Positions 1-8,357 of a DNA stretch of 64,000 nucleotides are shown here, piece by piece. The notes under the pieces are model-generated. The model saw nothing but the letters and a program-made list of their open reading frames with translations, was not told the origin of the DNA and ran no database searches. Each line of letters starts with the position of its first letter. Within the stretch, counting starts at the first letter, position 1. Source of the DNA: an uncultured bacterium (GTDB lineage: Bacteria; Verrucomicrobiota; Verrucomicrobiia; Limisphaerales; UBA8199); NCBI GenBank assembly GCA_963749495.1, contig CAVVMW010000001.1, forward strand, positions 128,001-192,000. Reading direction: 5' to 3'. The translations under genes and the position numbers were made by a program.

Positions 1-450
1 GACCTGCGCCGCAGCCCGCGCCTGCTGGTCATCGAGCCCCAGGACCTGTCGGCAGCGGACCTCGAGTTGCTGGCCGGCCAAACCAATGCCCAACGCTGCG
101 CCAGCCTCGAGCAGGCCCTGGCCAGCGTCACGCCCGCCGTGCGCGTCCAGGGACCGGCCGCGCTCCGCGTGTTGCCGCGCGTCAAACCAGGCTCGGCGGC
201 CGTTCATCTCGTGAACTGGGGCTATGAGGCGGCCAGCGATGGGGTGCAACCGCTCAAGAACGTCCGGCTGGAACTCCAGCTCGAGGCGCTCGGCGTCGCC
301 GGGGCGACCGAGGCGACCTTGTTTTCGCCGGGCGCTCCGCCCGTCAGCCTGCCCATCCAGGACCGAGTTGTGACCGTGCCTGAGCTCGGGCTGTGGGGTG
401 TGGTTGAGATTCACGGTCCTCGCGCGCAACCACCGCGTAGCGGTGCCTGA
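1..450 (+). CDS. C-terminal part of a hypothetical protein (5' end outside window)
   Basis: Frame 1 is open from base 1 to TGA at 448-450; the 'AVHLVNW...L..WGVV' ending resembles the C-terminal beta domain of glycoside-hydrolase-like proteins. Confidence 0.6.
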   Translation, partial: DLRRSPRLLVIEPQDLSAADLELLAGQTNAQRCASLEQALASVTPAVRVQGPAALRVLPRVKPGSAAVHLVNWGYEAASDGVQPLKNVRLELQLEALGVAGATEATLFSPGAPPVSLPIQDRVVTVPELGLWGVVEIHGPRAQPPRSGA

Positions 451-625
451 TGGTAGCCGTGGACTTCCAGTCCACGGACCCATGGCCCAAATTCGCCCGC
501 GTCGCGTAGCAACGCCTGAAAACCGCAACGCTGTCAGGCGTCGCTATGCGACGCGCCACCATTTCGCACGTCCCAAACCGTGGACCGAGGTCCACGGCTA
601 CCTTCACTGCGTCGCTACGCGACGC
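432..625. repeat. REP/MITE-like palindromic element, family A
   Basis: GGTAGCCGTGGACTTCCAGTCCACGG...CCGTGGACCGAGGTCCACGGCTACC with inner CGCGTCGCGTAGC...GCTATGCGACGCG; copies at about 23187 and 48655-49012. Confidence 0.85.
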
Positions 626-680
626 AGGGCTCCTCCCACCGAGGCTTGAACTTCGGGTGTTTTAAGGCAAGCTGCGGCGG

Positions 681-2525
681 GTGAACGAACTCCGGCTCAG
701 CCCGTTACTGCGCAACCGTTGCCTGCCGGCGATGGTCGCGGGACTGTTGCTGGCCGCCGCCTTTCCGAACCTGGGTATTGCCGGACTGGCGTGGGTGGCC
801 CCGGGTTTGATGCTGGCGGCCGCCGCGGGCAAACACGGCGGCCAGGCCTTCCGCATCGGCTACGTGGCCGGCCTGACTCATTACCTGATCTTGCTCTATT
901 GGCTGCTTCTCATCCCGTATCGCTGGCACGGAATTCCCTTCGGCCCGGCGGCGGGCTGGCTCGGCTTGAGCGGCTTTGCGGCCCTGTTTCCCGCCACTTG
1001 GGTTTGGATTCTGTCCACAGTCCACAGGCCGCAGTCCACAGGCCGCAGTCCACAGTCCACAGTCCACAGTCCACAGTCCAGAGTCCACAGTCCACAGTCC
1101 AGAGTCCACAGTCCAGAGTCCAGAGTCCACAGTCCACAGTCCACGGAGCACGATCGGAAGTCTGAGATGGGCGCTTGCCGTTCGGCATTCCGCACTCCGC
1201 ATTCCGCATTCCGCACTCGATTTGGCCTTCAGCCTTTAGCCTTTAGCGGCACGTGGCGCGCGCGGACGGGTCTGGCGCTTTGGGGGGCGGCGCTCTGGGT
1301 GGCCCTTGAGATGCTGAGGGCGCGGTTGTTTGGCGGCTTTCCGTGGGACCTGCTGGGCGTCTCGCAATACCGGCTGCTCCCGTTGATCCAATTGGCGTCG
1401 GTGACGGGCGTGTACGGGGTGTCTTTCGTGGTGGTCTGGTGCTCGCTTTCGCTCCTGTGGGCCGGCGTCACGGTGATCCAGCGGCCGGTGCCCCGGTCGC
1501 TGTGGCTGGCCGAAATCTTCCTGCCGATCCTCGTCATCGCCCTGGCCTTCAACGCCGGCATGCGCCACATCCGGCACAGCCCGCCGCCGGCCAGGGCCAT
1601 CAGGCTCACGCTGCTCCAGCCGGGCATCCCGCAGACCGTGATCTGGGACCAGGAGCAAAACAGAAAACAGTTCCAGGAGACGCTCCGGCTGGCCGAAGCG
1701 GCGCTGACCAACCGCCCCGACGTGCTCGTCTGGCCCGAATCCGCCATACCGGAGTTGCTCCGGTATGACGAAGCGACCGCCCTGGCCGTGTTCGGCATGG
1801 CGCGCCGGCACCACGTCTGGATGATCGTCGACGCGGACGATTTCCAGCGGCGTCCCAACGCGGCCAAACCCGAGGAGGGCGACTTCTACAACGGCAGCTT
1901 TCTCATCGACCGCGAGGGCCGGCTCAAGGGGACGTATTGGAAACGGAGTCTGGTTATCTTTGGCGAGTACATTCCCCTGGTCCGGTGGCTTCCGTTCCTC
2001 AAATGGTTCACCCCAATCCAAGGAGGCTTTACCTCAGGCACCCGCCCCGCGCAGTTCCAACTCACGGACCTCAACACGACCGCCTCGGTGCTGATCTGCT
2101 TCGAGGACGTCTTCCCCCAACTGGCCCACGGCGATGTCCGGCCCGGCACCGATTTCCTCGTCAACCTCACCAACGACGGGTGGTTCGGACAAAGCGCCGA
2201 GCAATGGCAACACGCGGCGAGCGCCGTGCTTCGCGCCGTGGAAACCGGCCGGCCGCTGGTCCGGTGCACCAATAACGGCATCACCTGCTGGATCGATGCC
2301 CTGGGACGCATCCGCCAGGTCTTCCGCGACTCGAGCGGGAGCGTTTATGGCAAGGGCCTCCTGACCTTGGAACTCCCGCTGCCCGACCCGGGGGCACGAC
2401 CTTTGCCCACATTCTACGACCTGCACGGCGACTGGTTCGGCTGGAGTTGCGTCACCCTCGCGGCGCTCGTCCTCGGGGGCAAGCTCCTCGCTGCCAGAAG
2501 GCGCCCCGCCCGTCCGCCAGAATAG
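681..2525 (+). CDS. lnt: Apolipoprotein N-acyltransferase with an in-frame repeat insertion
   Basis: TM N-terminus, GGFPW, nitrilase-fold motifs VWPES, K..LVIFGEYIP, ICFED, NLTNDGWFG, RAVETGR..VR.TNNG. Confidence 0.95.
   Translation: MNELRLSPLLRNRCLPAMVAGLLLAAAFPNLGIAGLAWVAPGLMLAAAAGKHGGQAFRIGYVAGLTHYLILLYWLLLIPYRWHGIPFGPAAGWLGLSGFAALFPATWVWILSTVHRPQSTGRSPQSTVHSPQSRVHSPQSRVHSPESRVHSPQSTEHDRKSEMGACRSAFRTPHSAFRTRFGLQPLAFSGTWRARTGLALWGAALWVALEMLRARLFGGFPWDLLGVSQYRLLPLIQLASVTGVYGVSFVVVWCSLSLLWAGVTVIQRPVPRSLWLAEIFLPILVIALAFNAGMRHIRHSPPPARAIRLTLLQPGIPQTVIWDQEQNRKQFQETLRLAEAALTNRPDVLVWPESAIPELLRYDEATALAVFGMARRHHVWMIVDADDFQRRPNAAKPEEGDFYNGSFLIDREGRLKGTYWKRSLVIFGEYIPLVRWLPFLKWFTPIQGGFTSGTRPAQFQLTDLNTTASVLICFEDVFPQLAHGDVRPGTDFLVNLTNDGWFGQSAEQWQHAASAVLRAVETGRPLVRCTNNGITCWIDALGRIRQVFRDSSGSVYGKGLLTLELPLPDPGARPLPTFYDLHGDWFGWSCVTLAALVLGGKLLAARRRPARPPE
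1013..1246 (+). repeat. 7-mer tandem repeats (AGTCCAC/AGTCCAG, CGCATTC/CGCACTC, AGCCTTT) inside lnt
   Basis: Directly visible; encode STVHSPQ-like repeats. Confidence 0.95.
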
Positions 2526-2653
2526 CCGGCCGGCGCGAGCCGGGGGCGCATCTCAACATTTGACATTTGGCAGTACATTTGGCGACGGGCAGCGGGCGCC
2601 GCCTGTGGAAAATGGAGACTCGATCACGGAAGAACGTCTGTGGATGACGCAAA

Positions 2654-2773
2654 TCAGGTGGCCGGGATGTCGGCAAGGTACTTGAGCGGGATTTTCCCAA
2701 GCCCCTCAAAATCGTTTTGGTCAGTAGTCCAGAGTTCACAGACTACCGCGGAGGAGTCCCAATACACGGTCAT
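2654..2773 (-). pseudogene. Internally deleted PIN/VapC toxin remnant (39 aa)
   Basis: MTVYWDSSAVV|CELWTTDQNDFEGLG...: PIN N-terminal WDSS fused to C-terminal LWT.D..DF; ATGA overlap with the upstream antitoxin stop. Confidence 0.7.
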
Positions 2774-3030
2774 CGTTGAGATTCCCTGTCCGCCCTGATG
2801 GCCTTGGTAATGCTCTCACTCGTGATTGTGCCCTCCTTAGGCGCCAGGGTGTCTGGGTCAACGTCTTCGATATCCAGAACCTCGACGGATTCTCGCGCGA
2901 GTTTCTTCCCGCGTATCACGCCATCCTGGAAAGCCCAGTCCACTTGGTCGCCCGGTTCCAGCCCAGCCGCCTCGCACACATCCGCGGGAAGCGTCGTCTG
3001 CCTCTTTTCCCGAACCATCGTTGCACTCAT
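2770..3030 (-). CDS. AbrB/MazE/SpoVT-family antitoxin
   Basis: MSATMVREKRQTTLPADVCEAAGLEPGDQVDW: AbrB fold signature. Confidence 0.8.
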   Translation of the reverse strand: MSATMVREKRQTTLPADVCEAAGLEPGDQVDWAFQDGVIRGKKLARESVEVLDIEDVDPDTLAPKEGTITSESITKAIRADRESQR

Positions 3031-3064
3031 GGCACAATCTTCCCACTCCTCAGTGTCATCTTCA

Positions 3065-3127
3065 AGCCCCGTTTCACCCTTGATTTCATTGGAATTGTGG
3101 CGGGTTCGAGCCCCGCCGCTCCCGCCA
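3065..3127 (+). mobile_element. att-like site containing a tRNA 3' end (T-arm + acceptor strand + GCCA)
   Basis: GCGGG-TTCGAGC-CCCGC-CGCTCCC-G-CCA at 3100-3127; 3065-3123 is repeated (58/59) at 6716-6774. Confidence 0.75.
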
Positions 3128-3296
3128 TTCATTTTCCCCGATTTCCCTAGGAAATTAGGGGTTTTGCCGTTTACGTTTCCGAGTTGGAGGCCAATTCTGG
3201 CAATTTTCTGCCAGCCAGGCAGAGAACCTTCGGGCCACGAAAATTCCTCAGTTCTTCCTTGCCATAAAGACGAAGAAACGTGGCAACCAGTTCCCG

Positions 3297-3779
3297 ATGC
3301 GCGTTCCGCACGGGGGCGTGACCGTTCTGGTGAACCGTATCCGCAAGAAGTCGGGATATGTTTATTACCAGATCCGCTACTACGCGGACGGGGTGAGAAC
3401 GGCGAAGTCCTATTCGGACCTCGCCGAGGCAGAAAAACAGGCCAAGGAGATCGCCGTAAAGCTGCACCAGGGAGAAGGCCGGAAGATCGAGCTGCGCGGC
3501 GGAGAATGCACGGCATATCTTCAGGCCAAGGCAGTTCTCGCCCCCATTCCGGCCTCCCTGGAACTTGCGGCCCGAGAATATCGTCTCGCCCATGACCTCC
3601 TCGCTGGCCGGGCCAGTTTGATCGAGGCGGTCCGATATTTTGCTGAGGCCATGCGCGAAGTCAACGTGGTGGTCGAGGCCGAGCGGATCAGCGCGTGTTT
3701 CCTTTTCCTAAACGGCCAGCCGGGGACGCTCGTCTTTTGCCGGGGCCAGGAGCAATGGCTCCCCGAAGCTGGCGGCTGA
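3297..3779 (+). pseudogene. Truncated N-terminal (arm-binding-like) part of a tyrosine integrase
   Basis: GYVYYQIRYYADGVRTAKSYSDLAEAEKQAKEIA... lies just downstream of the tRNA-like att; no catalytic R-H-R-Y domain follows. Confidence 0.55.
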
Positions 3780-3957
3780 GCTGCCGCACCCGCGTCAGTG
3801 GGCGGCAAGCCCCTGCTGCGCGGCGCAGGCGGGGCCGAAATTCTCGTCATCGTCGAAAAACTCCTCGCAGCGCTCGCGGGTCATCCTGAAGCAGGCGTCG
3901 CCGAACGGGTGGAACTTCGCCGCCCGGACCAGCAACCTGCCGCGCCTCTTGTCATAG

Positions 3958-4149
3958 CTGGCCGAGAAGCGCGGCAACGTGCTGGCACTCAAGAAGAAGG
4001 GCTTGGGGGTGCGGGCCATAGCGCGGGAGCTGAAGATGCCGGTATCATCGGTCGGGAAGGTGCTCAGAATCGCTTCGGATGCTTACGGCGAATCAGGGCA
4101 CCCGGGGTTAAGAGCTGAACGCGAGGCCAATAATGGGGCAGAAGAATAA
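3958..4149 (+). pseudogene. C-terminal HTH fragment of a resolvase/serine recombinase
   Basis: LAEKRGNVLALKKKGLGVRAIARELKMPVSSVGKVL; no start codon, begins right after an in-frame TAG. Confidence 0.5.
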
Positions 4150-4273
4150 AAAGCCCCCGCATCCCAACAGGAAAGCGAAGGCTTTTTGTTAAATTGTGCC
4201 TTTATTAGGCAACGCAAGCATATTGCGTGAATTACAACTTGTCAACATAAAATTTTAACGAAACCACTATTTG

Positions 4274-5626
4274 CTACGTTTCAGCGATGATGGAGGCGAC
4301 CAGTGGTTCTCGCTTCTCTAAGTTGCTGCTAAACAGCACCTTAGACAAGACGATGGATTGCGCCTTCGTCACGGGTCGGACGCTTTTGAGTCGGCCAATC
4401 GCCCCACGCGTGTAGGCTTGCAATAGTCGATCCTCAGTCAGGATATTGGTGTAATTGCTCTTGAAGCTTTTCGGCTGCGAGTCGGGAAGTTCGAAACCTC
4501 TACCCCAAAAAGCGAGTTTCAGGAAGGTTCGGACCTCGCCACTGGTGCAGCCCTTATCAGGATTACTCAGTATCTGCCTCTGCAACTCGTAAGGGGACGC
4601 GGGTGTCCCTGAAGCTCGTAGAGTCTGGTCAACCCGCAAAACAAGGCCAATGATCGAGGTTAACACTCCAGGGTTAACGAGGGCTTGAGTTTGCACCAGG
4701 ATGGCCCTTGCCTCCGTTTCAAGGTTGTCGGGTTGCTGCCAGTTTTCCACCCTTATGGGAATCCCGGACTGGGTTCGAAGTGGGCGAGTGACAACGTCCT
4801 GGGTGGATGAAAGATGGGCATTAAAGCGGTTTCGACAGGCAGGGCAGACAACAATCTTCGTTTCTCCTCGCTGAGGAATCATATCGAAAGTATTCACCGC
4901 AGAGCACGAGGGGCATTTCGCTGTGAACGCGTGTGGTAATGAGGTAATGGGGATTGGCATCGAAGAGCGCTCGGCCAATGCTGAGACTTTTCGTTTTGCT
5001 TCATCACTAATTTTAACCAGTTGCTCCTCAAGGTCCCTCGCATCCGTTGGCGTCCCCGCGTTCTGCAACCGCTCTGTGATCTCGAATGTTTCGACTTCAG
5101 CTTCTTTCCGGATTCGGGTGATCTTGTCGAGGAAATCTTCGTATTGATTGTAGGCGTCCCCTATGACACCAGCAATCCCGCCAACGGCGTTATCTGCAAG
5201 CCCCTGGAATCCGCGCAGGGTCAACTGGATATGTTCGAGGGCTGCTTCTATGTCCTGATTGCCGCCCTCCTCTTCGATGAGCACTGCTCGTTTGGTGCTG
5301 ACCCAATCAGAAAGACTGCTAATCTGACTCTTCAACTCCATGACATTGCGAGCAATTTGGACGCCGTGATCCCTGAGCACCTGGTTGAAGCCCGCCTCTG
5401 CGTAAATTTTAGTGGCCAGATAGGAAATGAAACATGAAGCGGCTGTTAAGATGAATGTGAGGAGCGCATTCTCAAGAGGCGTCAGGGTAGCGTTCTTGGC
5501 CATCACGATCGTGATGATGACTATCATCGCTATGCAAAGGACCGCCAGCGCCCACTGGGGCCACTTGTCTGGGCTCATTTTATCCGAGGTTTTGTTCATA
5601 ACTGAGTTTATCCCGTTAAACAGCAT
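4274..5626 (-). CDS. Hypothetical membrane-anchored coiled-coil protein with Zn ribbon
   Basis: 450-aa ORF with two N-terminal TM helices, a coiled-coil region and CPSC...CPAC; visibly lower GC than flanks; start may be 5599. Confidence 0.75.
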   Translation of the reverse strand: MLFNGINSVMNKTSDKMSPDKWPQWALAVLCIAMIVIITIVMAKNATLTPLENALLTFILTAASCFISYLATKIYAEAGFNQVLRDHGVQIARNVMELKSQISSLSDWVSTKRAVLIEEEGGNQDIEAALEHIQLTLRGFQGLADNAVGGIAGVIGDAYNQYEDFLDKITRIRKEAEVETFEITERLQNAGTPTDARDLEEQLVKISDEAKRKVSALAERSSMPIPITSLPHAFTAKCPSCSAVNTFDMIPQRGETKIVVCPACRNRFNAHLSSTQDVVTRPLRTQSGIPIRVENWQQPDNLETEARAILVQTQALVNPGVLTSIIGLVLRVDQTLRASGTPASPYELQRQILSNPDKGCTSGEVRTFLKLAFWGRGFELPDSQPKSFKSNYTNILTEDRLLQAYTRGAIGRLKSVRPVTKAQSIVLSKVLFSSNLEKREPLVASIIAET

Positions 5627-5816
5627 GAATCAGAAGCAGTGCAGAAAGTCAAGAAAAAAGCGCTGGTGAAATGGGAGCACGTCTGCCAAATTCTGCCAGC
5701 TGTAACCCCTTGCAAACGCTCAGAATCTTTTCTCGCCAAAAAAGGGGATCAGCTCTAAGGTCCGATTTATGAGCATTTGCCGGGGGTTAGCGGGTCGAGT
5801 GGTCGGTGCCGAAGTA

Positions 5817-6053
5817 GGTTCGAGCCCCGCCGCTCCCTCCGCTTCAGGCTTGACCGTCGGCTGGCCTGTGCGACTCTGGCTTGAGCTATGACGGTGCCGC
5901 ACCGAAGGAACTACGAATATCCCGAGAAGACGCGGGGCAGCGAGGCTGCGCGCCGGATTCGGGCCAAAGCGAACAGGCTCACGTCCGCAGAACGGGCCGA
6001 GCTTCACCGCCGGGCCATGCAACTGATCTATGGCGGCACCGGGAACAAGGAAA
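5817..6053 (+). repeat. 237-bp direct repeat, copy 1 (att core + upstream region + antitoxin + PIN start)
   Basis: About 95% identical to 6754-6990 (about 11 mismatches by eye). Confidence 0.9.
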
Positions 6054-6076
6054 GGGCTCGCGAAGAAGAGACTTGA
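5888..6076 (+). CDS. Small putative antitoxin, copy 1
   Basis: Near-identical to 6825-7010, which overlaps a PIN gene. Confidence 0.65.
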   Translation: MTVPHRRNYEYPEKTRGSEAARRIRAKANRLTSAERAELHRRAMQLIYGGTGNKERAREEET

Positions 6077-6107
6077 ATCGGGCCGTCTTTGGTGGGAATT
6101 TCCCCGC

Positions 6108-6365
6108 ATGAAGACATTGACCGTGGACGACCGGCAGCGGATTCGGCTCCCGGAGGCGAAGGCAGGGCAGGTTTTCGCGTACGAACCGAATTCGGACGGG
6201 ACGATAAGACTTGTTCCGGTAGTTGCGAAGCCCGGGCCAAGGCGGGTTGTCGCCAAGCTGGTCAAACGGCGGGGCGGGCTGTTCTTCCAGGTTCCAACCG
6301 GATACACGCTCGATCCCGAGGCCATCGGCAAGGCGGTGGCCGAGGAGCGGGAAAGCCGCTCGTGA
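6108..6365 (+). CDS. AbrB-like antitoxin
   Basis: MKTLTVDDRQRIRLP...; GTGA overlap with the downstream PIN remnant. Confidence 0.65.
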   Translation: MKTLTVDDRQRIRLPEAKAGQVFAYEPNSDGTIRLVPVVAKPGPRRVVAKLVKRRGGLFFQVPTGYTLDPEAIGKAVAEERESRS

Positions 6366-6511
6366 GGACGTATTGGGACACATCGGCGGCGATCAAGCAC
6401 GTGTATGATTATTGGCACGCGTTGGTCTCGCAAAAGGCGAAGTCCGACGAACTCATCACGCGGAACGCCCGCCACTTCCAAGGACTGGCCGCAAATGTCG
6501 CCTGGCCGTGA
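6362..6511 (+). pseudogene. Internally deleted PIN toxin remnant (49 aa)
   Basis: MRTYWDTSAAI|KHVYDYWHALV...LITRNARHFQGL: both PIN ends present, core missing. Confidence 0.7.
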
Positions 6512-6715
6512 GATGGGCCTGCTCAGGCAGGCCGCGCCTGGACCGTCCGCGTCCCGAAGGCGGCAGCCTCCTTTCACAGACCCTCCCTCTGAGTGACCGT
6601 ATTGACAATGGCACTGATGGCATTCTTGAGCGGTTGGCTCAAAGCCGACCAGGAGTTAATGACCCGCCGCAAATCGGCAGGAAGCCCTGGACATTGTGAG
6701 GCTATTTGTGATGGC

Positions 6716-6990
6716 AGCCCCGTTTCACCCTTGATTTCATTGGCATTGTGGCGGGTTCGAGCCCCGCCGCTCCCTGCGCTTCAGGCTTGACCCTCGGCTG
6801 GCCTTTGCGACACTGGTTTCAGCTATGACGGTGCCGCACCGACGGAACTATGAATATCCCGAGAAGACGCGGGGCAGCGAGGCTGCGCGCCGGATTCGGG
6901 CCAAAGCGAACAGGCTCACGTCCGCAGAACGGGCTGAGCTTCACCGCCGGGCTATGCAACTGATCTATGGCGGCGCCGGGAACAAGGAAA
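6716..6990 (+). repeat. att-like site plus direct repeat, copy 2
   Basis: Matches 3065-3123 and 5817-6053. Confidence 0.85.
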
Positions 6991-7010
6991 CGACTCGCGC
7001 TGGACAGTAA
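6825..7010 (+). CDS. Small putative antitoxin, copy 2
   Basis: 61 aa, overlaps the start of the PIN gene. Confidence 0.65.
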   Translation: MTVPHRRNYEYPEKTRGSEAARRIRAKANRLTSAERAELHRRAMQLIYGGAGNKETTRAGQ

Positions 7011-7467
7011 CGTCCTGATTGACCTCGCCGCCGAGGAGGATTACGCCCACACCTTCCGGGAGGAATTTCAACAACACGGCTACAGCCTTTGGCTGCCGCC
7101 GACTGTGGCCCATGAACTCCTTTACGCATCGAAGACCAAGTCCGACCCGGACGCGGCACTTGCGCGCTCGGCTCTTGCCCAATTGCTGGATTGGCAAATC
7201 TTCCCCGTCGGCCTCTCTTCGTTGGACGTGGGAATTGCGGAGGCTTTTTCGAGGAACCTCATCTGCTCAGAGCTTTTGCCCCCCGACGAGTTCAATGATG
7301 GCTTGATCGTGGCGGAGACGAGCCTGGCTGCCATCCCCGTTCTGGTCAGTTCCGACCGCCACCTCCTCGACATCCCGGAGGACATGCTCCTTGTCCGCCT
7401 GAACGACGCTGACCTCCCGGCCGTACCCATCGCCCACCCCAAAGGGCTCATCAAGGCCATCCGTTGA
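6967..7467 (+). CDS. PIN-domain (VapC-like) toxin
   Basis: LALDSNVLID...E...NDGLIVAE...LVSSDRHL acidic catalytic pattern. Confidence 0.85.
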   Translation: MAAPGTRKRLALDSNVLIDLAAEEDYAHTFREEFQQHGYSLWLPPTVAHELLYASKTKSDPDAALARSALAQLLDWQIFPVGLSSLDVGIAEAFSRNLICSELLPPDEFNDGLIVAETSLAAIPVLVSSDRHLLDIPEDMLLVRLNDADLPAVPIAHPKGLIKAIR

Positions 7468-7559
7468 GCGGTGGTCCTCTGGACCGAAGAACGAACGCCG
7501 GCAAGAGCCCGTGCCCGCGCGTTTCTTCAAGAGGTTCATCCCTCGAAGTTGACCCTCCT

Positions 7560-8168
7560 TCAAGGAGCTTCCTCGGAGATGGCGCCGGCGCAGCCGCCAT
7601 CAGACGGCCGGCGACGCCCAGTGAAGTCGTCGAGGAACGGCCCGTTGAACTCCCAGGCCCAGAGTTCCTGGATCGTGGTCTTGGAGTCGGCCAAGGTGCC
7701 GCGCGCGATGCGCATTTTATTCCATCGCTCAATGCGGCACATCTCGGCATAGAAATCGCGCTTAAGAGAATCGGCGATGGGAATGATGGCAACGAAGTGA
7801 CTCCAGCCCAATTGTCGTGACAGCGTCACGACAATCTTCGCATCCGGGAACGCCTCTGCGAATTGGATCATGCGCCGCAGATTCTTTTCCGCGAACCCTC
7901 GTCCGAACTCCTGCTCCAATCGCCGGCCCAGCGCGGCGACGATCCGCTCTCCATAACCCGCGCGCTTCTCTTGCAGAATGTCCTGCCGAATGCGCCGGCC
8001 GATGTGCCAGTAAAGCGCCACCAAGCCGGACTCCACAGCACGAGCTACCCCGGCGCGCGCCTGCCGGATCATCTCCCGCACATCCACCAGCAGCGACCCG
8101 GCGGCGGGCCGCTTCGCCGCTTTCGCGGTGGATCCTCGTGCCACTGCCTCGGAAGACTTCGTCCTCAT
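7560..8168 (-). pseudogene. YhcG/DUF1016 N-terminal domain, truncated and fused to unrelated sequence
   Basis: LYWHIGRRI...AGYGERIV..L...L..EFGRGF...NLRRM.QF...LGWSHF...RDFYAEMCRIERW; the PD-(D/E)XK half is lost after about 7720. Confidence 0.8.
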
Positions 8169-8357
8169 GGTCGGGGAGTCTGGGGTGGGCACGGACGAGG
8201 GGTGTGCCCCGATAGGGACACCTTGCCGGTTGAAAACTGCGCACTCGTGCCGCCCATGACGAAAAATCAGGCAATGATGACGCACTGGGGGCGAAATTGC
8301 ACGCCCATTTTGAGGACGCGAGCTTTAGACAGTGCGCGACTGAGTGCAGTGATCAGC

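Noticed and set aside
3100..3127. Complete tRNA gene
   Set aside because: Only the T-arm, 3' acceptor strand and CCA are present; no D-arm, anticodon arm or 5' GGGAGCG strand upstream
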